NCBI GenBank assembly: GCA_038064735.1
Contig: JBBTSI010000010.1
Span: forward strand, 1 to 63,131
From: Patescibacteria group bacterium
GTDB lineage: Bacteria > Patescibacteriota > Minisyncoccia > Phycocordibacterales > WO2-35-19
DNA: 63,131 nucleotides
Direction: 5' to 3'
Shown here: one piece after another, positions 27,524-38,227 of the stretch
How positions within the stretch are numbered: position 1 is the stretch's first letter
Layout: each line of letters opens with the position of its first letter
The notes under the pieces: generated by a model
Told to the model about the DNA's origin: nothing
The model's input: only the letters and a program-made list of their open reading frames with translations
The model's database searches: none
Position numbers and translations under genes: made by a program

Positions 27524-27833
27524 TGCGGGGTAGAGTAATAGTAACTCGCGAGGCTCAATAATGGTGGGCCCATGGTTGAGTAATCAATCATTGCAAATTT
27601 GCCAAATTCGGAGAACTCCTCTCTGTTTCATCAACAGAAAGACAATTCCGAGCTAAATTCAGTTTAATTTTTTAAATTCAACTGATAAATGTGTAGAGAC
27701 TAGATGGCGAAATTCCAAGTTTTTAATTTGGAAGATGGTATAGTCCAGACCCCAAACTCCGCCAAGCGGAGATGTTGAAAAACATAGTGGTAAGCATAAC
27801 CTTGAAATTTTGGTGCAAATCCAAACTCCGCAA
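27524..27833 (+). tRNA. intron-containing tRNA(CAU): exons 27524-27555 and 27795-27833
   Basis: Joined exons give TGCGGGG-TA-GAGT-AATAGTA-ACTC-G-CGAGG-CTCATAA-CCTTG-AAAT-TTTGG-TGCAAAT-CCAAA-CTCCGCA-A (71 nt). The D loop lacks GG and the T loop is TGC instead of TTC. Confidence 0.7.
27556..27794 (+). ncRNA. group I self-splicing intron (Azoarcus-like, IC3-type core)
   Basis: CAAATTCGGAGAACTCC...GACAATTCCGAGCTAAA (P4/P5/P6), GTGTAGAGACTAGATGGCGAAA (J6/7-P7-P3), P8 TTCCAA/TTGGAA, AAGATGGTATAGTCC (P7 3' strand), P9 hairpins CTCCG-ccaa-CGGAG and ATGTT-gaaa-AACAT, terminal G at 27794. Confidence 0.85.
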
Positions 27834-27849
27834 CACGAATGTGACTTGT

Positions 27850-28530
27850 TTAAATAATAGAAAATTCTTTGAAAACCGCCTCAAAAAGAGAGATGATGCG
27901 GCGGGTTTCGCGTTGATTTAAAAGGAAATCATTACCCTCATGAGCAATGTTATTACGCGCTTTGTGAGCTTCCCAAGCGCTCTCGATAGTCGTAAAGTCG
28001 CTTGACTCCACCGCTTTCAGTTTATCACCTATAGTGTCTCCTGGCAGTTGAAGTTTGGCTAAAAGATCATCAAGCATGATGTCAGCTTCTATGATAGCGA
28101 GACGCCAATCGGAAGGATTTTCGGATTCGGAAAGTTTGAGTATTTTTTCCCACTTCCCTGTCAAAGGATTTTGCATAGATTTTTGAGGATAAATCCCGAC
28201 ATTAACTTTTTCAAAATTAGTATCGAGATAAACTTTGGCTTTTTCTTCGCGCACAACAGCATCACCTTTTTTGGTATATATAAAAGTACCCACAGCCGCA
28301 ACACCAGCTATGATAAATCCCAATGCCCGCCAAAACCAAGCACTGGATTCAAAAAATCCAACAATTCCGGAAAGTTTAAAACCATAAAAAGAAAGTTCAC
28401 CGGAAGTAAAATATTTCAATATGGCTGGTATGCCCATTCCCAAAAGAGCAGCGAGAAAAATCAGCACAATAATGCCTTCAATCGGGTCAAAATTCCAACC
28501 AGATGGTTTTTCTATTTTTTTATCTGCCAT
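27850..28530 (-). CDS. hypothetical membrane protein
   Basis: 226 aa; three TM helices then a soluble C-terminal domain. Confidence 0.5.
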   Translation of the reverse strand: MADKKIEKPSGWNFDPIEGIIVLIFLAALLGMGIPAILKYFTSGELSFYGFKLSGIVGFFESSAWFWRALGFIIAGVAAVGTFIYTKKGDAVVREEKAKVYLDTNFEKVNVGIYPQKSMQNPLTGKWEKILKLSESENPSDWRLAIIEADIMLDDLLAKLQLPGDTIGDKLKAVESSDFTTIESAWEAHKARNNIAHEGNDFLLNQRETRRIISLFEAVFKEFSII

Positions 28531-28532
28531 GA

Positions 28533-29945
28533 CTACTCATTTAAAAATTTCTTACCAATCTCAAACAAAATATTTTCGTGTCCATGTGACGCCATTAATT
28601 GTACGCCAAGAGGTAAATCTTTGCCATCCACTCTGGAAAATCCTGACGGTAAAGATATAGCTGGGACACCGGTGATGTTGGCAGTCACAGTAAAAATATC
28701 AGCCAGATAATTTTGGAGTGGCGTAGTCTTCTCCCCTATTTTCCAAGCTGGAGCTGGAGTAGTCGGTGTGAGGATAGCATCTACTTCTTTAAAAGCTTGT
28801 TCAAATTCCTCACGAATTATTTTTCTGGCAAACATAGCTTTGCCATAATAAGCATCATAATATCCAGAAGAAAGAACATAGGTACCCAAAATAATTCTGC
28901 GTCGCACTTCACGACCAAAACCTTCACCTCTGCTTTTTTTGTAAACTTCCAAAAGATTATCACCATTTGCACTAAGCCCGTATTTTATACCATCATATCT
29001 AGACATATTTGAAGAAACTTCAGCCGGCATAATGATGTAATAAATAGCCAGAGATTTATCTATGTTTGGTAGTTTTATATCTACAATTTCAAAACCCAAA
29101 CTTTCCATTTTTTTTATTGACTCATCAAAATTTTTCCTGACATCATCTGATATTCCATCTTGTTCTAAAATATGATAAGGCACACCAACTTTAGCCCCGC
29201 GAAGCTTTTGCGAAGTGGGGTTTACATCTATACTTGTACTATCCATTTTATCTTTCCCTTTGATAGCATTAAAAATAATTTCGGCATCAGTCACCGTCTT
29301 GGTAATTGGCCCGATAACATCCAACGAAGAACCCATAGCCATAAGGCCAAAACGCGATACAAAGCCATAGGTAGGCTTAAGCCCCACCATTCCGCAGAAA
29401 GATGCCGGTTCCCTGACAGAACCGCCAGTATCCGAGCCTAGAGCCCCTAGAGCCATATTAGAGGCCACTGCGGCGCTAGAGCCGCCAGAAGAACCCCCAG
29501 CCACTCTAGAGGTATCTAGAGGGTTTTTGGTCACTCCAAAAGCAGAATTTTCAGTAGAACCACCCATAGCGAATTCGTCCATATTAGCCCTACCCAAAAA
29601 TACCACCCCCTGATCAATAAGTTTTTGAGCAGCGGTAGCAGTGTAAGTAGCAGTGTAATTTTCAAGTATTTTGGAAGCGGCGCTAGCCTTACGGCCTTTG
29701 ATTAAAATATTGTCTTTGATAGCAAACGGAATGCCGGTCAAAGCACCAGCTTTGCCGTCATTAATTATTTTTTGGGCTACTTCTGCTTGTTTCAAAACAT
29801 CATCATAAACTTCTAAATAAACATTGAGGTCTTGGTTTTTATCTTTAACATTTTTTAAATAGTTTTCAGCAAGCTCTTTGGCAGAAATTTCTTTCTTATC
29901 CAAAAGTTCACGCGCTTTTTTGATTGTGAGATTATTTAAATCCAT
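28533..29945 (-). CDS. gatA: Asp/Glu-tRNA amidotransferase subunit A
   Basis: Amidase signature GGSSGGSSAAVA...GSDTGGSVREPA; 470 aa; follows gatC. Confidence 0.95.
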   Translation of the reverse strand: MDLNNLTIKKARELLDKKEISAKELAENYLKNVKDKNQDLNVYLEVYDDVLKQAEVAQKIINDGKAGALTGIPFAIKDNILIKGRKASAASKILENYTATYTATAAQKLIDQGVVFLGRANMDEFAMGGSTENSAFGVTKNPLDTSRVAGGSSGGSSAAVASNMALGALGSDTGGSVREPASFCGMVGLKPTYGFVSRFGLMAMGSSLDVIGPITKTVTDAEIIFNAIKGKDKMDSTSIDVNPTSQKLRGAKVGVPYHILEQDGISDDVRKNFDESIKKMESLGFEIVDIKLPNIDKSLAIYYIIMPAEVSSNMSRYDGIKYGLSANGDNLLEVYKKSRGEGFGREVRRRIILGTYVLSSGYYDAYYGKAMFARKIIREEFEQAFKEVDAILTPTTPAPAWKIGEKTTPLQNYLADIFTVTANITGVPAISLPSGFSRVDGKDLPLGVQLMASHGHENILFEIGKKFLNE

Positions 29946-30250
29946 TACAGTATTTTTTTAACTTTTAAATAATTCTTATCACTTTTTGGAAATTCGGCAA
30001 TCAGTTCTTTACTGTAAGTTTCTGAATTTGTCGGATCTTGGTCTTCTCTCAAAACGTTGACAACCTCACCCCGCGCTAACGCGTCGCCCTTTCCTAGATT
30101 AGGAGAGGGTTCTTCAACCTGAAATTCGTTTACCATCTTCACATATTCCAAAATAGCGTCCATTTCACCACTTAGACTTTCAGCTTCCTTTTCTTCAATA
30201 TCTATCCTAGCCAAATCGGCCAATTTTTTTATTTCTTCTTTAGAAATCAT
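29945..30250 (-). CDS. gatC: Asp/Glu-tRNA amidotransferase subunit C
   Basis: 101 aa; MISKEEIKKLADLARIDIEEKE... typical of GatC; overlaps the gatA start by 1 nt. Confidence 0.88.
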   Translation of the reverse strand: MISKEEIKKLADLARIDIEEKEAESLSGEMDAILEYVKMVNEFQVEEPSPNLGKGDALARGEVVNVLREDQDPTNSETYSKELIAEFPKSDKNYLKVKKIL

Positions 30251-30270
30251 GGTTGAATAATAACACTTTT

Positions 30271-32343
<2,073 letters not shown>

Positions 32344-32359
32344 TTATATCACCCCCTAG

Positions 32360-32382
32360 CCCCCTCTTATATTAAGAGGGGG
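32360..32382. repeat. GC-rich perfect hairpin CCCCCTCTTA-tat-TAAGAGGGGG
   Basis: 10-bp stem with C5/G5 ends, between the ligA start and the stop of the upstream pilus gene; no adjacent T-run. Confidence 0.6.
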
Positions 32383-32390
32383 AGGAAAAA

Positions 32391-32921
32391 TTAATATGTC
32401 ACTTCAATACCTCTTTCTACCCTCCGAGGATGTGTAAGGTCGCAAGTGTTATAACCGCGAGATTTTATTTTTGTCATAAGAGGAGCATCAAGATTACCAT
32501 CACCAGTTGTATCAACATAATATTTGGTTACCGTCACAATAGCGCAATTGGTCGGATTAGATCCTTGATTCAAAACAAAACCAAATTTACTAGTTTGATC
32601 CGCATCAGTACCACCACCAATCAATGTAGCAACTGAGGTAGTACCAGAAATATTATCATTATTAGTCATAATTGAACCCCCACAATTTATAGGAGAACCA
32701 GAAGTAGAAGTTGCAAAAGCATCAAATTGAGAATCCCAATAAAAAGCACATTCAAGCCCGGCATCAGCGGCATAAAAAGCGTATTGAGAATCTCGGCCGG
32801 AACCGGCAAAAAGATTACTTTTGATGGCAATGTTGACTACGGCAAAACTTATGAAGAGTAAAATACTCATCACCACCACCGCTATAAACAATGTCATACC
32901 TTTATTTTTCATCATATCCAA
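32391..32921 (-). CDS. PilX-like pilus-associated protein
   Basis: 176 aa; N-terminal hydrophobic segment GMTLFIAVVVMSILLFISFAVV; last gene of the minor-pilin set. Confidence 0.5.
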   Translation of the reverse strand: MDMMKNKGMTLFIAVVVMSILLFISFAVVNIAIKSNLFAGSGRDSQYAFYAADAGLECAFYWDSQFDAFATSTSGSPINCGGSIMTNNDNISGTTSVATLIGGGTDADQTSKFGFVLNQGSNPTNCAIVTVTKYYVDTTGDGNLDAPLMTKIKSRGYNTCDLTHPRRVERGIEVTY

Positions 32922-33523
32922 TTTAATAAAAGAGTTTTAACTTCAAACTTATTATCTATAAGACCTTTGCTCCAAGTAATCCTCACTGTAATGGATATTT
33001 CATCTGGATTTATTGATTCAAACTGTATTTCTCTTTTGAAATTAGTGGCTACATTAGAAGCAGAAACAGCATCATGGTTATAGACAAATGTTGTTGTGTC
33101 TTGGTTTAAAACAGGACAACTATTATTATCAAAAGAAGCCCCACAATCAGTAATTGTAAAACCAGAAGTACCAGCACTCACAGAACACACTCTCCCGAAA
33201 GGACAAGCAGAAGTAATACCACTAAGCCAATCTCTTGTATTGTCACTATTTATTTTAACGATTTGATTAGTGTCTCTTATATTTCTAATCATTTCTACTG
33301 CCTCTTGAGCCAAATAAAAAGCTTTGACTTCATCTTTAGCTATAGTAGTTTGGGAAAGACTTTGTTGTACTGCAGAAAAAGCTCCCGATATAGAAAGAGA
33401 AAGCACAGCGATAGCCACGATGCTTTCAAGAATTGTAAACCCCCGCTTGCTTTGCAAGCTCACACCAAAATTTTTTGGTGTGGGGGTAAAACCTTTAATT
33501 TTTTTTAATTTTGTAAAAATCAT
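32912..33523 (-). CDS. minor (pseudo)pilin with prepilin-type N-terminal cleavage/methylation motif
   Basis: KRGFTILESIVAIAVLSL motif. Confidence 0.7.
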   Translation of the reverse strand: MIFTKLKKIKGFTPTPKNFGVSLQSKRGFTILESIVAIAVLSLSISGAFSAVQQSLSQTTIAKDEVKAFYLAQEAVEMIRNIRDTNQIVKINSDNTRDWLSGITSACPFGRVCSVSAGTSGFTITDCGASFDNNSCPVLNQDTTTFVYNHDAVSASNVATNFKREIQFESINPDEISITVRITWSKGLIDNKFEVKTLLLNWI

Positions 33524-34110
33524 AAATCTAATGCTCTTTGAGATATTAAGGTTTCTATGGAAAAGTCAGTCCTCTCGGTTGATTTGGTGCCCACATGGCC
33601 TTTGATGACAGCTTTAATATAAGGCTGAGCGTTATCAGCAGAACCAAGCCATGAATTAAAAACATAAAAATGCAAATAATCTATAGTTGTATCTGAAGAT
33701 GTAATATTGGTAGGGGTCCCGCCATTAATCGATATTTGAATAGCATTTTCCCCTAAACCATAAGTTATTTTATCACCTCCCTTGTCTTTAACAGATAAAT
33801 GATTTGCACCAGAAGGACAAGCATAAACACTATCCGGAACAGATGATGTCCCACACCAATAATGATCTCCGAAACGAATCGTCCTAGCCATATTTTCAAT
33901 ACTGAGGTTAAGGTTGTCTACCACAGTTTTGGATGCTTGAGCTTTTTTGTTGGCATCAAAAATACTAAGCACCGAACCAAGAGCAAAAACTGCAATCAAA
34001 GTAAACATAGCCACAGCTACAAGCATTTCCACCAATGTAAACCCGGACACCAAAGATTTTGGTGTGTGGGTAAACCCTTTATTATTTTTTATTTTAAAAT
34101 TAAAAATCAT
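33520..34110 (-). CDS. minor (pseudo)pilin with prepilin-type N-terminal motif
   Basis: SGFTLVEMLVAVAMFTLI motif. Confidence 0.7.
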   Translation of the reverse strand: MIFNFKIKNNKGFTHTPKSLVSGFTLVEMLVAVAMFTLIAVFALGSVLSIFDANKKAQASKTVVDNLNLSIENMARTIRFGDHYWCGTSSVPDSVYACPSGANHLSVKDKGGDKITYGLGENAIQISINGGTPTNITSSDTTIDYLHFYVFNSWLGSADNAQPYIKAVIKGHVGTKSTERTDFSIETLISQRALDL

Positions 34111-34775
34111 TATATTGATTGTATTGAAATTTGCCCGCTAGACTCTGCTGTTATTAGTACTTTTTTATTATCAGATGATTTGAGATATATGGTCAAGGGT
34201 GAAATAAGCTCATTACCACCAACTAAAACACTTCCGTCACTATCCCTAAAAGTTATATTGGCCTTAGGATCTGGTCTTAAAAAAACTATATCTACCGTCT
34301 TTGGAATGTTTCCTCCGCTCTCGTCTGAACATCTAGTGTTAGGAACATTATTAGCTCTTACCCCACAAATTTTTTCTATAGTCACTCCTCTTGTAAGAGA
34401 TTTGGTTTCAGTTCCTTCTCCTGTGTCATATTGTTTATTATTACTCCTATCTGCAAAATATATATAACTGTTAGTGGTTAAACTATCCAAATACACTCCA
34501 TAACCAGTACTAAATTTATCACCACTACCTCCGATATCTTCCCTCACTCCTAAACTATAAATCTGAGCTTGACGAATCATCAAAGCCAAATCATAAGCTT
34601 GAGTTTTGACAGCTAAAGCACTGTTCCAACTATTTTGTTGTATAACAATAGACGTCAAAATTATACTAGATATAGCCATCACCACGATGAGTTCAGTAAG
34701 AGTAAAACCCCCACTTCGCTTCGCTTCGCGGGGCAAGCCTTTGCTAATATTTTTAGAAAAATAATTCATTGACAT
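34110..34775 (-). CDS. minor (pseudo)pilin with prepilin-type N-terminal motif
   Basis: GGFTLTELIVVMAISSII motif. Confidence 0.7.
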   Translation of the reverse strand: MSMNYFSKNISKGLPREAKRSGGFTLTELIVVMAISSIILTSIVIQQNSWNSALAVKTQAYDLALMIRQAQIYSLGVREDIGGSGDKFSTGYGVYLDSLTTNSYIYFADRSNNKQYDTGEGTETKSLTRGVTIEKICGVRANNVPNTRCSDESGGNIPKTVDIVFLRPDPKANITFRDSDGSVLVGGNELISPLTIYLKSSDNKKVLITAESSGQISIQSI

Positions 34776-35565
34776 GAAAAAGATCCAAGTTCAAACAAAA
34801 ACTTATTATTATCCCCAGAGAAAGGAATGGCCCAAATGGAATCTCAGACTTAATTGTAAGATTATTTCGCAGTAGAGGCAAATTTATTCGGTGGGCAATT
34901 TTTTTTGCAATTAACATTGTGAGCGAAACGACTGCCCCTATCCAAAAAGATAAGACGATGGCCGAAAGACCAACACTAAACCCCAAAAGAAAACCCAAAA
35001 CCAAAATATATTTTACATCACCAAAGCCAAACCAAGTGCCTTTGGAGATTATGAAGATAAGGAGAAATGGTATGGTGAGAACAATACCCGAAGCAAGAGA
35101 CAAGAGGTACGAGGTAAAAGGAAGAGAATTAAGAATTATGAAGTATGAATTATGAATAAGAGACAGAACAAAAAGAGAAATTAGAAAAGAATCAGGAATA
35201 ATAAAGTGTTTGATATCATAAATAGATATTAAGAGAATAACCCCAAAAATTGCTGTGACCAAAACAAAATTTAAAAATAACCCAAATTTTAAAAAAGCTA
35301 CAACTGTCAAAACTCCCATCAAAATCTCTGTTATGAAAGTCTCTTTTGGGATTTTTGACCCACAATACCTGCATTTTCCTTTCAAAAAAAGAAAAGAAAA
35401 AATAGGAAACAAGTCTTTGTTTTTAAGTTCGGTGTTGCAAGAAAAACAAACTGAACGGCCTTTCATGAAAGACAAGCCCGTATTATAGCGGTTGGCAATA
35501 ACCGAAATAAAACTCCCCAAAGCTGTACCGATAAAAAATATTAAAACTAGAAAAAAATATTGCAT
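34753..35565 (-). CDS. pilD: prepilin peptidase (A24 family)
   Basis: 270 aa polytopic; N-terminal CFSC...CRYC zinc motif; GFGDVKY active-site region. Confidence 0.85.
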   Translation of the reverse strand: MQYFFLVLIFFIGTALGSFISVIANRYNTGLSFMKGRSVCFSCNTELKNKDLFPIFSFLFLKGKCRYCGSKIPKETFITEILMGVLTVVAFLKFGLFLNFVLVTAIFGVILLISIYDIKHFIIPDSFLISLFVLSLIHNSYFIILNSLPFTSYLLSLASGIVLTIPFLLIFIISKGTWFGFGDVKYILVLGFLLGFSVGLSAIVLSFWIGAVVSLTMLIAKKIAHRINLPLLRNNLTIKSEIPFGPFLSLGIIISFCLNLDLFHVNELFF

Positions 35566-35582
35566 TTGTATTTTATACAGAT

Positions 35583-36287
35583 TTATTTTTCATTTTCTAA
35601 AGCCAACCTGAGTGAAAATATGGTTTCAAACTTTAATCTTGCTTTCACCCATGATTTTTGTTTATCGGTCAGAAGTTCTCCCATACCATTAAGAATATCC
35701 AAATCATCAAATTTTTCCATAATTTCAATAGTTTTTCCCAAAAATTCTTTATACGGCATTAGCATACGTTCTTCTACAATTTTTTTATTAACCGGCCAAT
35801 CATGAGACAGGAAAAATTGCACATCAAATATATCTCTATTGGTTTTCCTTATTCGTTCATACATAGCACAAAGTTTATGAGCAGCCATATCTTCTCTTAT
35901 CATTACCTGCATTGAAATACCAAAAGATGATCTTATTTCATATCTTGAACCAAATTCTCGGCGATTTATTTCTACTTTAACATTTTGAGCATTTACGTCT
36001 TTTTTGTCATATGAAAGAATATAAAAAAGATTAAATCTTTTTTTTCTTGCTTCTTTTAATTTGCCATATTTTTCTAAAATTAATTTGACATGTTCAAATA
36101 CAAAATCCTCTTTTTCAGAATCAAGTAAATCAAAATCCAAATCAACCGAAAAGCGATCAAGTTCATAAAACAACATAGCAGCCGTTCCACCCTTAAAACC
36201 CAAAATAGGACTAATTGCGGTATCATTATAAATATCCTTAAGGATTTTCACAAGTATATTTTGATGTTTTGTGTTATCAAGGGTCAT
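35583..36287 (-). CDS. AbiEii-type nucleotidyltransferase toxin (type IV TA)
   Basis: FKGGTAAMLFYELDRFSVDLDFDL matches the AbiEii/DUF1814 NTase motif; overlaps the upstream partner by 4 nt. Confidence 0.75.
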   Translation of the reverse strand: MTLDNTKHQNILVKILKDIYNDTAISPILGFKGGTAAMLFYELDRFSVDLDFDLLDSEKEDFVFEHVKLILEKYGKLKEARKKRFNLFYILSYDKKDVNAQNVKVEINRREFGSRYEIRSSFGISMQVMIREDMAAHKLCAMYERIRKTNRDIFDVQFFLSHDWPVNKKIVEERMLMPYKEFLGKTIEIMEKFDDLDILNGMGELLTDKQKSWVKARLKFETIFSLRLALENEK

Positions 36288-36868
36288 AATTTATTATTTT
36301 TTAATTTTTGATACATCTTAACTATTTTAGCCATTCGTTTATTACCGCCATAAATAGGTAAAATTTCATTTACTTTTTCCCAATCCAAACTATTTAAATT
36401 ATCAAAATAATAATCCTTATGCAGATAAATAACATCCAAAAAAGCTCTTTCGGGCGAGGCAATATTATAATTTTCTCTTGATTCTATACCCGCTTGACTG
36501 GTAAGAATACTGTCTTTTATTTTATTATAAGAATACTTTTGCCCATCACATTCAATTTCTTTTGTCATATATGACATAACAAAAATACTTTTATAATACT
36601 GAAAAGTCATCCCAGCTGATCCAAAAACTGTTTCTAAACTTATATAAGAAGGAGTATAAATTTTTGTGGCAAGTTCATATTTATCATAATCTTTGTCCTT
36701 AGAATAAACACCTTTGCGTATAGAATTAATTTTGCCCGCTTTTACATAGCGATGAATTTTCTTTTTTATAAAATTCACATCAGATTCACTCCAAATCAAA
36801 ACCAGGTCTTTAAAAGTAAAGACTGTTTTTTTTGATCTCATCAGGTCTAATATATAGTCTTTCTCCAT
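36284..36868 (-). CDS. AbiEi-type antitoxin / transcriptional regulator
   Basis: FTFKDLVLIW...IHRYVKAGKINSIRKGVYS winged-helix N-terminus typical of AbiEi. ATG at 36868 is preferred over the track start at 36991. Confidence 0.65.
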   Translation of the reverse strand: MEKDYILDLMRSKKTVFTFKDLVLIWSESDVNFIKKKIHRYVKAGKINSIRKGVYSKDKDYDKYELATKIYTPSYISLETVFGSAGMTFQYYKSIFVMSYMTKEIECDGQKYSYNKIKDSILTSQAGIESRENYNIASPERAFLDVIYLHKDYYFDNLNSLDWEKVNEILPIYGGNKRMAKIVKMYQKLKNNKL

Positions 36869-37105
36869 AAAATTATGATTTTGTCTCCGCAAGTACCCAT
36901 ATTTGGGTACCTTTAGTATAAAAAACATCTTATAGAAATGCAATTTGCTATGTGGATAATTTTTATCATACAACCCCCCAAACCGTGCCAAAAAAGAATA
37001 TAAAAATTAAGAAAAAATATTGCATCCACTACATTATACCCCAAAAACATCCAAACTTCGCTATATACTTCGTATAAAGTTATGAGAAATCAAGAAAAAT
37101 ATTAA

Positions 37106-37379
37106 ATAAACAAACTTACAGAAGAATTACGATGCTGGACATGCATAAGTAGCAGCAGGAAGAACAGCGTTCAAGTGATTTGAGTGCCCAACACTATCAA
37201 CACACCATGAGTTAGTACCTCCTTCTCCAACAAGTAATGCTGACATAGCATAAGCAGCACCTGTAACAGGTGTGCTATTACATGTAGGAGCAGCAGCACC
37301 AGGATAACTTGCACCAGCTAAATAAGTAGCGAAAGGTGCAAGTGCAGTAGCACACAAACCTAGATAATTCTGATTTGTA
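37106..37379 (-). repeat. 274-bp exact duplicate (pilin 3' half plus 21 bp downstream), copy A
   Basis: Identical by eye to 37634-37907; identity falls to about 85-90 percent in the 5' halves of the two pilin genes. Confidence 0.85.
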
Positions 37380-37552
37380 GAAAAGAAGATCTCGGCAGCA
37401 GCTCTGGCTCCATTTAACGTAGCTTTTGTTTTTGCATCATTACCTTTGCCTCTAGCATTATTCAAGGAAGCTAAAACAATAGAGGAAAGAGTTCCGATAA
37501 TAGCAATGACTACCAAGAGTTCGATAAGTGTAAAACCTTTTTTATTTTTCAT
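37127..37552 (-). CDS. type IV major pilin paralogue 1
   Basis: KKGFTLIELLVVIAIIG prepilin motif; 141 aa; C-terminal Cys pairs. Confidence 0.88.
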   Translation of the reverse strand: MKNKKGFTLIELLVVIAIIGTLSSIVLASLNNARGKGNDAKTKATLNGARAAAEIFFSTNQNYLGLCATALAPFATYLAGASYPGAAAPTCNSTPVTGAAYAMSALLVGEGGTNSWCVDSVGHSNHLNAVLPAATYACPAS

Positions 37553-37606
37553 AACACAATTTTACTACATACTTTTTTAAAAAAAATACAAATCTGTTAA
37601 TAACAC

Positions 37607-37632
37607 AAAAGCGCCCCACTTGGGGCGCTTTT
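37607..37632 (-). terminator. bidirectional Rho-independent terminator between the pilin paralogues
   Basis: AAAAGCGCCCC-actt-GGGGCGCTTTT. Confidence 0.7.
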
Positions 37633-37633
37633 G

Positions 37634-37907
37634 ATAAACAAACTTACAGAAGAATTACGATGCTGGACATGCATAAGTAGCAGCAGGAAGAACAGCGTTC
37701 AAGTGATTTGAGTGCCCAACACTATCAACACACCATGAGTTAGTACCTCCTTCTCCAACAAGTAATGCTGACATAGCATAAGCAGCACCTGTAACAGGTG
37801 TGCTATTACATGTAGGAGCAGCAGCACCAGGATAACTTGCACCAGCTAAATAAGTAGCGAAAGGTGCAAGTGCAGTAGCACACAAACCTAGATAATTCTG
37901 ATTTGTA
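37634..37907 (-). repeat. 274-bp exact duplicate, copy B
   Basis: See 37106-37379. Confidence 0.85.
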
Positions 37908-38083
37908 TCATAGAAGATTTCAGCAGCAGCTCTGGCTCCAGCCAATGTAGCTTTTGTTTTTGCATCATTACCCTTACCTCTAGCTGAGTTAAGTGATGCC
38001 AAAACGACTGAAGACAAGATACCAATAATTGCGATAACCACTAAGAGTTCGATGAGTGTAAAACCTTTTTTATTTTTAAACAT
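37655..38083 (-). CDS. type IV major pilin paralogue 2
   Basis: KKGFTLIELLVVIAIIG; the C-terminal 83 aa are identical to paralogue 1. Confidence 0.88.
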   Translation of the reverse strand: MFKNKKGFTLIELLVVIAIIGILSSVVLASLNSARGKGNDAKTKATLAGARAAAEIFYDTNQNYLGLCATALAPFATYLAGASYPGAAAPTCNSTPVTGAAYAMSALLVGEGGTNSWCVDSVGHSNHLNAVLPAATYACPAS

Positions 38084-38107
38084 AATTTTTAATTGAAATT
38101 AACTAAT

Positions 38108-38125
38108 TTCTCTCTCGAGAGAGAA
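38108..38125. promoter_or_regulatory. perfect 18-bp palindrome TTCTCTCTCGAGAGAGAA upstream of pilin paralogue 2
   Basis: Seen directly; lies 25 nt upstream of the ATG at 38083; operator- or hairpin-like. Confidence 0.35.
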
Positions 38126-38227
38126 GCTTGATTACAATCGACCTTCTTTAATTTGTCCCTCAAGCTTTAATAATATTATATGTAATAACACGCTTTTTTG
38201 GTAAAAAATATGTGGATAACCCTAATT

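Noticed and set aside
37106-38083. Diversity-generating retroelement (DGR) acting on the duplicated pilins
   Set aside because: There is no reverse transcriptase gene in the window. The differences between the two copies are not adenine-specific and lie in the 5' halves, while the 3' halves are identical. Gene conversion or duplication explains the pattern better.
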